Assembly (NCBI GenBank): GCA_036170915.1
Contig: JAVHQC010000033.1
Coordinates: 1-64,000, forward strand
Length of the DNA stretch: 64,000 nucleotides
Direction: 5' to 3'
From: Cyanobacteria bacterium auto_48_18
Lineage (GTDB): Bacteria; Cyanobacteriota; Vampirovibrionia; Obscuribacterales; Obscuribacteraceae
The notes under the pieces were generated by a model. It made no database searches. It was not told the origin of the DNA and saw only the letters and a program-made list of their open reading frames with translations. Positions 26,822 to 36,228 of the stretch are shown here, one piece after another. How positions within the stretch are numbered: the first letter of the stretch is position 1; each line of letters starts with the position of its first letter. Position numbers and translations under genes: made by a program.

Positions 26822-27691
26822 ATGGGTATTTCTACCCTCAATGAAAGTAGTACGCGGGTGGTGACAGGAAAATTAGGTCTGATTTCGGGTGAGGGGCAGC
26901 TGCCATCACTATTGGCTCAATCAGCCAAAGAGCGTGGATACAAAGTCGTGGCTCTGGCACTTTCTGAAAGTGCAGAAGCGCAAGTAACACCACACGCAGA
27001 CAAGACATATTTGGTGGCACCAGGACAAATCGGACGCAGCATCGGTTTGCTAAAAAAAGAAGGTTGTACTGGTTTAGTTTTCATCGGTAAAGTGCCAAAG
27101 ATCAACTTGCTGCGTCAGTTACACAAACTAGACTGGCTGGCAGTTAAAGAGCTGAGTAAACTTCCCAATTTTAATGATGACACCATTCAATTTGCTGTTG
27201 GTGACATTATGGAAGCGCACGGGCTGAAGGTTCTAACGCAGTCAGAATTTTTGCGCCATCTCTTTCCTGAAATTGGTGTGTTGACTAAATTGCAGCCCTC
27301 GGCCGGTGACTATGCCGACATTGAGTATGGTATGCGCGTTGCTCGTGAGATTGCACGCCTGGATATCGGTCAAACTGTGATTGTCAAAGATCGCATGATT
27401 CTTGCGCTGGAAGCAATCGAAGGCACTGACGAAGCAATCAAAAGAGCAGTTAAGTTAGCCCGTGGCCCCGTGGTCGTATGCAAGGTTTCAAAACCCAATC
27501 AAGACCAGCGTTTTGATATTCCTACCGTTGGTATGAACACGCTGCAGTCGATGGTTAACGATAATGCCAATCCTGGTGGCGTGCTTGCTGTTGAGGCACG
27601 CGAAACCCTCGTGGTTGAGCAAGATGAAATGGTCAAATTTGCCGAAGCTAACGGCATTGCAATAGTTGCTGCCGCGCTTCCTGTGGTTTAA
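26822..27691 (+). CDS. lpxI: UDP-2,3-diacylglucosamine diphosphatase LpxI
   Basis: LGLISGEGQLP, LDIGQTVIV, LEAIEGTD, KPNQDQRFDIPTVG. Confidence 0.92.
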   Translation: MGISTLNESSTRVVTGKLGLISGEGQLPSLLAQSAKERGYKVVALALSESAEAQVTPHADKTYLVAPGQIGRSIGLLKKEGCTGLVFIGKVPKINLLRQLHKLDWLAVKELSKLPNFNDDTIQFAVGDIMEAHGLKVLTQSEFLRHLFPEIGVLTKLQPSAGDYADIEYGMRVAREIARLDIGQTVIVKDRMILALEAIEGTDEAIKRAVKLARGPVVVCKVSKPNQDQRFDIPTVGMNTLQSMVNDNANPGGVLAVEARETLVVEQDEMVKFAEANGIAIVAAALPVV

Positions 27692-27805
27692 GGCGACTCT
27701 GAATTAATTTCTGGGGAAAACACTGAACCTGAATTAGCCTTTGAGGCGTGAACTGTGATGCTTACAATGCCATAATGAAGCAGAAGCTTTCGATGGACGG
27801 GGAAT

Positions 27806-28981
27806 TTGTCAGTGTTGAAAAAAACTATTGCTAGCCAGTTCGCCTGTGCCATTTTGCTGGCTGCCACCAACACCGGCATTTTGGCTGCCTCGGCTACTCC
27901 CGAGCAAAAACCAGGCGCTTTCACTCCGATACAAGCGAAGGGTGAATCTACAGTTGGCGAGAATCCAGACACTCCAGTTAGTTCAACCGACGAAACTCCA
28001 ATTAACGCAGAGCGTCCCGTCAACGCGTCTGGTGCAACTGTAACTCCTATCGTTATCGGCACCGAAGCCGAAAAGAAAGCCGCTGAAATTGCAGCAGCTG
28101 CATACGCTGAGCGTGAGTCTAAACGTCGCGCTTTGGCCATGGAACTGAGCGCATTGCACAACGAAGCTCTCGATCATTATGAGCTCTCACGGGTTTACCT
28201 GAGTCGCTGGAATACAGAGATGGCCGAGATTGAGCTGCAAGCCAGCATAATGTGCGAGCCGAATATAAAGGTGGTGCATCGCGATTATGCGCTGGTGGCT
28301 TTAATGCAAGGAAGACCGCTGAAAGCCTTAGCCGAAGCCATGATGGTGGTAGGTCTGGGAGAGCCCATTCCTCTCGACGATCAGCAGAAAGAAAAACTCA
28401 GAGAAAAAGCTTGCAAGGTTCACTATGTAAAAGGCATCGCCATTGCGCAAGAAAAGAAATGGCAAGAAGCTATTACCGAATTTCAATGGGCTTTGAGTTA
28501 CCAGCCTAACAATGCTCGTGTAACTAGGTCTATGGCTTTTGCTTACGGCAGCCTGGGCAATTTTGAGCGAGCTGAAAAAGAGTATGCGGCAAGTTTTGCC
28601 ATGGATCCCACTGATGCTTTTTCTCACGCTGATTTAGCTTTCTTACTCAAACAATCTGGTGACACCAAGCGCGCCATCGAACAGCTAGAAGCCGCAGTTA
28701 AGTTGCAACCAAATGTTGCTGCCTTGCGCGTAGATCTGGCCTGGTTGGCTGAGTCTCAAGGAAACCTTGAACTGGCCAGCAGCGAGTTTGAGGAAGCAAT
28801 TAAATTAGCTCCTAAGCATGCGGCGTTGTATACGCACCTCGGAAAATTGTTTGCCCGTCAGGGTTTGCCAGACAAAGCCATCGACGCTTATAAGGCGGCG
28901 CTGGCTCTTGATCCGGCTCAGCACGATGCAGCTGAAGGCCTTAATTCTCTGCAGAGCGGCCCGACCAATCACAAGGCTTGA
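27806..28981 (+). CDS. Exported TPR protein
   Basis: Signal-like N-terminus; multiple TPRs (A..L.P). Confidence 0.85.
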   Translation: MSVLKKTIASQFACAILLAATNTGILAASATPEQKPGAFTPIQAKGESTVGENPDTPVSSTDETPINAERPVNASGATVTPIVIGTEAEKKAAEIAAAAYAERESKRRALAMELSALHNEALDHYELSRVYLSRWNTEMAEIELQASIMCEPNIKVVHRDYALVALMQGRPLKALAEAMMVVGLGEPIPLDDQQKEKLREKACKVHYVKGIAIAQEKKWQEAITEFQWALSYQPNNARVTRSMAFAYGSLGNFERAEKEYAASFAMDPTDAFSHADLAFLLKQSGDTKRAIEQLEAAVKLQPNVAALRVDLAWLAESQGNLELASSEFEEAIKLAPKHAALYTHLGKLFARQGLPDKAIDAYKAALALDPAQHDAAEGLNSLQSGPTNHKA

Positions 28982-29063
28982 TTGCAAATTGGCTCGTAGT
29001 TTCCCCAATGACAGGGGGCTATTTAATAATTAGTATCTGATCTTAAGAACTCTTGAGATTGAG

Positions 29064-30239
29064 ATGCCGAAAGACACTGCCAAACAATCAGAAGACCAAA
29101 ACGGTTCTGCTGCTCAAAGCGGTGATAGTTCTTTTGAAAATGTGGCTAAAGTTACCGCGCTCACTCTTTCTCAGACTCCATCAGCTTTCTATGACGAGTT
29201 AAGTCGTGACCTAAAAGAACGGCCGGCTGAGGTGCTCACTAGAGCTGCTGGCGGCGCAGCAATTGGTGCGGTGGGTACCGTACTCCTGAAATTTCCCAAA
29301 GTGGCCACAGCTGTGACCTTTGCTGGTCTTGCCTGGCAGGGATACGAAGCATTCGATACTTTCTCTTCGTTTGCAAGTAAAGCTTCTGGTGCATCCACCG
29401 AGTCAGAGCGCCATCAGCTGGCGCAAGTGAGCTCCCATAATTTAGGTCGCAGCCTGACTAACTTCACAGAAGCTGCTCCAGGCATGGTTTTAGGCGGCTG
29501 GGGAGCGAGTAAGGTTTTCGGTGCACCACCTGTGTATGGCCGTATCGGGCGCGCAGTGGAAGATAAAGTCATCATGCCTGTGAAAGATCGTGTCGCTTTT
29601 ATTGGCCCGGGCACTGAGCGTCTGCCTGCCTCCATTCTCAAAAGTGAAGGCAGAATCGACATTCTTGAGGTCAGCCGCATTTTGGGTGAAAAGCATGCCT
29701 GGAAAGGCGTAGAGACCGGTCGTACCCTTGATTTAAATTCGCTCAAGCTGAGCCGACCAGTTAGCGGCAACGAGACCCACATTCCATGGCTTCCTGGCAG
29801 TAACAAATCGGGCAAAGTGCCATTTCATATTCATGGACCGGAGTCTACAATCGGTGCCAGGCCCTCTATAGACGACATTATGGCCACTAAGGGTCTGGGA
29901 ATTATTAAACGCGGCGATCAGGTGGCATTTTATGTGGGCCACGGTGACGAGTTGGCCTTGATGCAGAACGCTGGTAAGGCTGAATTGTTCAAGCCTGGTA
30001 TGCGTACTGTGATTGTGGACCATGCGGAAAAGACAGCTCAGCGCCTTACTGGTCGATATGACAGAGTTCAGGGCTGGTTCTTCGATCAGGCTCAGCCGCT
30101 CGATTATGGCAGTGCCCTGAAGGCGTTGAAAACTCTTGATGTAGCAAAGCCCTGGGGCAGTTTAGAAGCAATTAGCGGTCAGCAAAGCTTAAGTAAGGCC
30201 ATTCAGAATAGTGCAACTGCCAAGTTGGCAGGTGGGTAA
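29064..30239 (+). CDS. Hypothetical protein with hydrophobic N-terminal helices and a JAB/MPN-like metallo-motif
   Basis: GVETG...PFHIHGPESTIGARPSIDD; GAG SD before ATG. Confidence 0.6.
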   Translation: MPKDTAKQSEDQNGSAAQSGDSSFENVAKVTALTLSQTPSAFYDELSRDLKERPAEVLTRAAGGAAIGAVGTVLLKFPKVATAVTFAGLAWQGYEAFDTFSSFASKASGASTESERHQLAQVSSHNLGRSLTNFTEAAPGMVLGGWGASKVFGAPPVYGRIGRAVEDKVIMPVKDRVAFIGPGTERLPASILKSEGRIDILEVSRILGEKHAWKGVETGRTLDLNSLKLSRPVSGNETHIPWLPGSNKSGKVPFHIHGPESTIGARPSIDDIMATKGLGIIKRGDQVAFYVGHGDELALMQNAGKAELFKPGMRTVIVDHAEKTAQRLTGRYDRVQGWFFDQAQPLDYGSALKALKTLDVAKPWGSLEAISGQQSLSKAIQNSATAKLAGG

Positions 30240-30487
30240 AAGTTTTTACCGATTTTGATGGTGTTTTGGTGGGCTTTTTCTGCGCCTGTGAGGCTTGTGG
30301 CCTCTGGCTGTAAATTCAGATTGATATCAATCTAGTGTTTTGAAGGCGACGTACGCCACTCAAAACAGCAATCTATGCAGTGTATATACTGCTGAACTGT
30401 CCTTAAAAGTTACGGTAATGCGCTCGGGTACTCGCATCAGCTTGCCAGTGGGCTAGAATATGGCAAATTGTGCCCGGGAGATTTTAT

Positions 30488-30919
30488 ATGAAGGTACAAG
30501 ACGGCCTCAAGGCCCATACCAAGTATTTGTGGTTTGACACCAAAAAGCGGCGTGAACACGTTCGTATTACTGATGATGTTCAGCAGTTTTTAGAAGAAAC
30601 CGGGCTCAAAGAAGGTTTCATTTTGGTGTCGGCCATGCACATCACCGCTGGCATTTATGTCAACGACTGGGAGGCCGGCCTGATTAAGGATATTGATCAG
30701 TGGCTGGACAAACTGGCGCCTGAAAATCCTGATTATCATCACCATAATACCGGTGAAGATAACGGAGACGCTCATCTCAAGCGCATTTTAATCAATCACC
30801 AGGTAACGGTGCCGGTGACAGACGGCAAGTTAGACCTTGGTCCGTGGGAGCAAATTTTTTATGCAGAGTTCGATGGCCAGCGCAAGAAAAGAGTAATTCT
30901 AAAAGCGCTTGGGCTCTAA
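30488..30919 (+). CDS. yjbQ: YjbQ/UPF0047 family protein
   Basis: MHITAG, EDNGDAHLK, LDLGPWEQIFYAEFDG. Confidence 0.92.
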   Translation: MKVQDGLKAHTKYLWFDTKKRREHVRITDDVQQFLEETGLKEGFILVSAMHITAGIYVNDWEAGLIKDIDQWLDKLAPENPDYHHHNTGEDNGDAHLKRILINHQVTVPVTDGKLDLGPWEQIFYAEFDGQRKKRVILKALGL

Positions 30920-30959
30920 CTTCGCAAGCCTGAAAATAGTTTTTAAATGAGGTAAGAAA

Positions 30960-33230
30960 ATGACAGTAAAAGAGAGAGGCAATTCAATGACGGGACGCTC
31001 ATCGTCGTCGCCCCACGCAGACGCTAGAGGCGCTGCTAAAAGAACGGTGCAAGGTCGTGAGCCGGTGCAGATGTCCGTAGACTTTACTCGCACCACTGTA
31101 TCTGAAGTTTTTGGACAAAATGTTTTCAATCGTTCAGTGATGCGCAAGCTCTTACCTAAGCATGTTTATAAAGCTCTGGTACGGTGTTTAGACTTCGGCG
31201 AAGCACTTCATCCATCAATGGCTGACATTGTTGCCAATGCCATGAAAGATTGGGCACTGGCTAAAGGTGCAACACACTTCACCCACTGGTTCCATCCATT
31301 GACTGGTTTGACTGCAGAAAAGCACGATTCATTCCTGACCTCCAGCGCTGACGATGGTGGTGCAATTCTAGAGTTCTCCGGCAAATTGCTGGTGCAGGGC
31401 GAGCCGGATGCATCAAGTTTCCCATCAGGTGGAATCAGATCCACATTTGAAGCTCGTGGCTATACAGGTTGGGACCCAACCAGCCCTGCTTTCTTGATGG
31501 AAAGCACCAACGGCAAGACTCTTTGCATACCAACAGTGTTCTGCTCTTATTCAGGTCATGCGCTTGATAAGAAAACACCACTTCTGCGTTCACTTGAAGC
31601 ATTAAACAAACAAACCGTTCACTTGCTCAAGTTAATCGGCAACAAAGAAGTCAAAAGAGTTAACTGCACAGTGGGCGCTGAGCAAGAATATTTCTTGATT
31701 GACGAAGCCTATTACATGTCGCGACCAGATCTAATCAACTGTGGACGCGCACTCTTCGGTGCCAAGCCTCCACGCGGTCAAGAAATGGAAGATCACTATT
31801 GGGGTTCAATTAAGGAACGCGTTCTAGCTTTCATGATGGATACCGAAGCTGAGTGCTACAAACTTGGCGTGCCGGTTAAGACCCGTCACAACGAAGTCGC
31901 TCCAGCACAGTTTGAAGTTGCTCCCGTGTTTGAATACAGCAACGTCGCTGTTGACCACAACATGCTCTTGATGGAAGTATTCCGCAAAACTGCGCAAAAG
32001 CATGGGCTGCGTTGTCTCTTCCACGAGAAGCCATTCAGTGGTGTCAATGGTAGTGGCAAGCACAATAACTGGTCTATGGCTGACGATCAGGGTAATAACC
32101 TGCTCGAACCAGGCACCACCCCCCACGAGAATTTACAGTTCTTAGTGGTGCTAACCGCCGTGATTCGCGCCATCAACAAGTATGGTCATTTGCTGAGAGC
32201 CAGCATTGCTTCCGCCGGCAATGACCACAGACTTGGTGCCAATGAAGCGCCTCCTGCAATCATGAGCATCTATCTTGGTGACAAACTCACCGCTGTGGTG
32301 CAAACGATTATTTCGGGCAAAAAAGAGATTCTTGGCGAAATCGGTAAAGTGCTGCAATTCGGAGTCTCTACTCTTCCTGATCTTCCACGCGATGATTCAG
32401 ACAGAAACAGAACCTCACCTTTTGCTTTCACCGGCAACAAATTTGAGTTCCGTGCTGTTGGTTCTAGCCAATCAATTGCCTGGCCAAACACAGTGCTCAA
32501 CACAATCGTGGCTGAGTCAATGGACTTTGTCTCTAGTGCAATTTCATCTGAAATCAAAACCGGTTTAGATGTGAATGCTGCTGTCGAGAAAGTGGTGCGC
32601 AAAACTCTTATTGAAAATGAGCGTATCTTGTTCAACGGCGACAATTATTCGAAAGCCTGGCATGAAGAAGCTGAGCGCCGCGGCCTGCCTAATTTGAAGA
32701 ACAGCGTTGACGCTTTGCCAGTGTTAAACGAGAAAGAAGTCAAAGACCTGTTCAATAAATACTCCGTTCTCCAAGAAGACGAATTGTTCAGTCGCTATAA
32801 CGTCAATCTTGAGTCTTATTGCAAGACTATCAATATTGAGTCATTGCTCACTGCTAACATTGCGCGCACCATTATTCTTCCTGCTGCTCTCGATAACCAG
32901 TTGAAGCTGGCCCAGACTATCGCCACCACCAAGGCCGCTTTAAATGGCATCAATCTCACTGAGCAAGAGAATTTCCTCAAGCATCTGTGTGATGAAATCA
33001 CCACTCTGCAGATTTCTCTGGATAGATTGGAAGGCGTGATTAAGGCTGGTCAACAAGAAGAGCACGGTGAACATGGTGAGTCTGATAATCTCAGGCGTGC
33101 CAAGTTCTACCAAGAGGAAGTAATTCCTGCCATGGATGCAGTCCGCGTAATTTCTGACCAATTGGAAACAGTGGTGGATGATGCTCTCTGGCCACTGCCG
33201 AAGTTCCGGGAGATGCTCTACATCTACTAA
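30960..33230 (+). CDS. glnN: Glutamine synthetase type III
   Basis: HFTHWFHPLTG, EPDASSFPSGG.RSTFEARGYT, HNEVAP, HRLGANEAPP, DRNRTSPFAFTGNKFEFR. Confidence 0.96.
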   Translation: MTVKERGNSMTGRSSSSPHADARGAAKRTVQGREPVQMSVDFTRTTVSEVFGQNVFNRSVMRKLLPKHVYKALVRCLDFGEALHPSMADIVANAMKDWALAKGATHFTHWFHPLTGLTAEKHDSFLTSSADDGGAILEFSGKLLVQGEPDASSFPSGGIRSTFEARGYTGWDPTSPAFLMESTNGKTLCIPTVFCSYSGHALDKKTPLLRSLEALNKQTVHLLKLIGNKEVKRVNCTVGAEQEYFLIDEAYYMSRPDLINCGRALFGAKPPRGQEMEDHYWGSIKERVLAFMMDTEAECYKLGVPVKTRHNEVAPAQFEVAPVFEYSNVAVDHNMLLMEVFRKTAQKHGLRCLFHEKPFSGVNGSGKHNNWSMADDQGNNLLEPGTTPHENLQFLVVLTAVIRAINKYGHLLRASIASAGNDHRLGANEAPPAIMSIYLGDKLTAVVQTIISGKKEILGEIGKVLQFGVSTLPDLPRDDSDRNRTSPFAFTGNKFEFRAVGSSQSIAWPNTVLNTIVAESMDFVSSAISSEIKTGLDVNAAVEKVVRKTLIENERILFNGDNYSKAWHEEAERRGLPNLKNSVDALPVLNEKEVKDLFNKYSVLQEDELFSRYNVNLESYCKTINIESLLTANIARTIILPAALDNQLKLAQTIATTKAALNGINLTEQENFLKHLCDEITTLQISLDRLEGVIKAGQQEEHGEHGESDNLRRAKFYQEEVIPAMDAVRVISDQLETVVDDALWPLPKFREMLYIY

Positions 33231-33276
33231 CTACGTAGATAAGCTCGACTAGATTAGCTCGACTGAACAGTCTGAT

Positions 33277-33310
33277 AAAACCCGAGGCTCACGCTTCGGG
33301 TTTTATTTTT
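33277..33310 (+). terminator. Intrinsic terminator after GSIII
   Basis: AAAACCCGAGGC-TCAC-GCTTCGGGTTTT-ATTTTT. Confidence 0.85.
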
Positions 33311-33457
33311 GTCGAAATTTGTGGCGTCATTAAACCTGTTGCCATCAGCGTTTCTCTGGGCAAAATACATTTAGTTCGTTGATTGAGAGTGCACCACAGA
33401 TAGTGAACTAATTTGCTATGGTATCGTTCTTGGTGCACCCTTCACTTAAAACGCATT

Positions 33458-36130
33458 ATGCATAATGACCAGTCTGAAAGCACGCAAAAGTCAACGCCGG
33501 CTGACCTCGACAGCCTCGACAAGACTCAGCCGTCTGCCCCTGGTCAAAGACTGTCCTATAATAAAGAAGAGCCTCCAGGTCAAAAACCAGGTAATCGTCA
33601 AAAGTCACCGACAGTGCGCGAACGCTCTTATTCGTATTTTAGCGATGGAACTGATGCAGGTAATGAGGATACGAGGCAGATGGGCGAGGATGAAAAAGAG
33701 AATTTATCATCCCATGACGCCCCCAGCGAGCCCTTTTTATCGTTCGGTGATGGCTATGAGCAGAATAACAATTCGGCTCCTGCGGCAAAGCCGGCTAAGC
33801 GTAAGGCTGAAGTCTCTCCTGAGCAAGACGACATGCTCGGCACGCTTTATCTCGGTAAATATCAATTAGTTTCGATTATTGGTGCCGGCGGTTTCGGCGT
33901 TATTTATCTCGCCCATCAAGTCTTTCTCGACAGATTAGTTGCCATCAAAATGCTGAAAAGCAATTTGGCGTCGGCTAAGGCTCGCATCCGCTTTCACCAG
34001 GAAGGCAAAGCATCGAGCGCACTGCATCATCCGGCCATTGTTGCCATCAACGATTTTGGCATAGACGATCTCGATCGGCCATATATGGTCATGGAATATG
34101 TGGAAGGCGTGACGCTGTCCGACGTTATTCGCGAACGCATTACCCTAAACGTTGCCGAAGCCCTGCCCATATTTTTGGAATTACTTGATGGTCTGGCGGC
34201 TGCGCACAGCAAGGGCATTGTGCACCGAGACATTAAGCCCGGCAACATCATGCTGGCCATGGGCGAAGATGGTGTGCACGTAAAATTGCTCGATTTTGGC
34301 ATTGCCAAATTGCTCGACGAAGATGATCACACAGTGCAAAGTCTGACAAAGACCGGTGAAGCGCTCGGCACTCCGCTCTATATGAGCCCTGAGCAGATTC
34401 AAAGTTTTAAAATTGACTATCGCTCAGATCTATATTCACTTGGTTGCGTAATGTTTTCTTGTCTGACTGGTGCACCGCCTTTTGTGGGCGAGCAGAAATT
34501 TATGACCATGGACAAACATTTGACCGAGAAGCCACTTTCGCTCAAAGAAGCGTCTCTTGGGCTCGACTTCCCTCCTGAGCTCGAAGCAGTCGTAGCCAAG
34601 CTTTTAGCTAAGTCGCCTGCTGATCGATATCAGTCGGCTGATGAAGTCAGAAGCATCTTGATCAATCTTTCGCAGAAGTTAGGCCTGTCTCCTGGTGGTG
34701 CTACTCAAGCTTTTAATGCTACCGGCAGTGGTGGCAGTGGCAGAGCGATTAACCTTCCTAGCTCAGTTGTAAGTATTGTTTCGGCTTCGCAAGGGGCTAA
34801 GACTGAAGTTGATTCACCGTCATCATATTTGTCAGGCAAATCACAGCCGACGCAACATCTGACTCGTGAGGAGCGTACTCGGGCTTACACAATTAACAAT
34901 TCTCCGGCCGCAAATATTGACGCCCAAACAGAAGTCGATCTGGCCAGTGCTGGGCGTAAACCGCAGCATGTGACGCAAAATCAGTCAGGTGTACTCAGCC
35001 AGAAAACTGGTGCATTGACAGGGCGCAATCAGCCCATTGATCATAGTGTCGATACTGACGAAGAAGATGACGAAGATTCTGAACCTTCTCGCCCTTACCT
35101 TAAGATTGCCGTGATATCGCTGATGGTGCTGGCGCTGGTGGGTGGATTGTCTACTGCCGGATATTTTTTACTCAAGCCAAAGGTCGTAAAACCGGCACCT
35201 CCAGTTGTTCGTGTCGCGGTTCCGGTAACACTGCCAGCTGATATGCCATTGAGCACCACTCCTCCTCAAGTGAGAACTGAACCGCTTTTACCTGATGGAT
35301 CTGATGACGAAACAGTCATTTCTGCCCTGTCGAGGTCACCGCATCTTGAGGATTTCAAAGCTGGTGACAACCGCGATATTACTGACAAGGTAATGCCAAT
35401 AATTGGAGGTCTTGCCGACCTTAAGGTACTCAGTCTGGATAGTACAAAAATTACAAACGAAGGTCTGAAATATTTAGCCAAATCGCCGGTAAGTATACTT
35501 TCGCTTAAGCATACGAAAATTGATTCTGACGGCGTTAAGTATATTGTCGCCCTGAAAAAACTTGAGCAGCTTTTCGTCGCGGATACAGGCATAGGAGATG
35601 AAGCTATGCCACTTCTTGGTGGGAAATGTTTGGTTACTCTGCAGTTGTCTAAAACTCCGGTCACCGTATCTGGTATCAAAGCTCTGGCCCAGGCGAAAAA
35701 TATTACTGTCAGCTTACGATCCCTCATTCTTGAGGATTGTGCAGTCGGTAATGATGTAATTCCTTTGTTGAAGCCCTTTACTAAATTAACAGGCCTAAAT
35801 TTAGACAGTACTAAAGTTGACAGCAAAGGTTTTGCCGACCTCGTGAATCTGAAAACCGTCAACTCGCTGTCATTGGCTGGTAATAAACAGATTAGCGACT
35901 ACGATATGCCGGCTTTGTCTAAGATGCAACAACTAACGACTCTCGATTTGTCTGGCACTAAGGTGACACCTGCCGGATTGCGGCAGTTGAAGAATCTCAA
36001 GAATCTTAAACATCTGTGGCTCTGTGGCATTAACCTTGACGACTATGCAAATCAGGCAATTTCGGCATTTAAGAAGGAGTTGCCGGAGTGCACGGTCGAG
36101 ACCATTAATCGCCCGCGGTCGTTCTGGTAA
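33458..36130 (+). CDS. Membrane Ser/Thr protein kinase with C-terminal leucine-rich repeats
   Basis: GAGGFG, VAIK, HRDIKPGN, DFG, GTPLYMSPE; one TM; LxxLxLxxTxI repeats. Confidence 0.93.
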   Translation: MHNDQSESTQKSTPADLDSLDKTQPSAPGQRLSYNKEEPPGQKPGNRQKSPTVRERSYSYFSDGTDAGNEDTRQMGEDEKENLSSHDAPSEPFLSFGDGYEQNNNSAPAAKPAKRKAEVSPEQDDMLGTLYLGKYQLVSIIGAGGFGVIYLAHQVFLDRLVAIKMLKSNLASAKARIRFHQEGKASSALHHPAIVAINDFGIDDLDRPYMVMEYVEGVTLSDVIRERITLNVAEALPIFLELLDGLAAAHSKGIVHRDIKPGNIMLAMGEDGVHVKLLDFGIAKLLDEDDHTVQSLTKTGEALGTPLYMSPEQIQSFKIDYRSDLYSLGCVMFSCLTGAPPFVGEQKFMTMDKHLTEKPLSLKEASLGLDFPPELEAVVAKLLAKSPADRYQSADEVRSILINLSQKLGLSPGGATQAFNATGSGGSGRAINLPSSVVSIVSASQGAKTEVDSPSSYLSGKSQPTQHLTREERTRAYTINNSPAANIDAQTEVDLASAGRKPQHVTQNQSGVLSQKTGALTGRNQPIDHSVDTDEEDDEDSEPSRPYLKIAVISLMVLALVGGLSTAGYFLLKPKVVKPAPPVVRVAVPVTLPADMPLSTTPPQVRTEPLLPDGSDDETVISALSRSPHLEDFKAGDNRDITDKVMPIIGGLADLKVLSLDSTKITNEGLKYLAKSPVSILSLKHTKIDSDGVKYIVALKKLEQLFVADTGIGDEAMPLLGGKCLVTLQLSKTPVTVSGIKALAQAKNITVSLRSLILEDCAVGNDVIPLLKPFTKLTGLNLDSTKVDSKGFADLVNLKTVNSLSLAGNKQISDYDMPALSKMQQLTTLDLSGTKVTPAGLRQLKNLKNLKHLWLCGINLDDYANQAISAFKKELPECTVETINRPRSFW

Positions 36131-36228
36131 TAGATCCAGTTTAATTCTGCTCCTATATGTGTAATAGGAAAGAAGAAACCTGCATTTGTACAGTCTTATT
36201 TAGCGACTGAGCATATTATCCGACGGTC

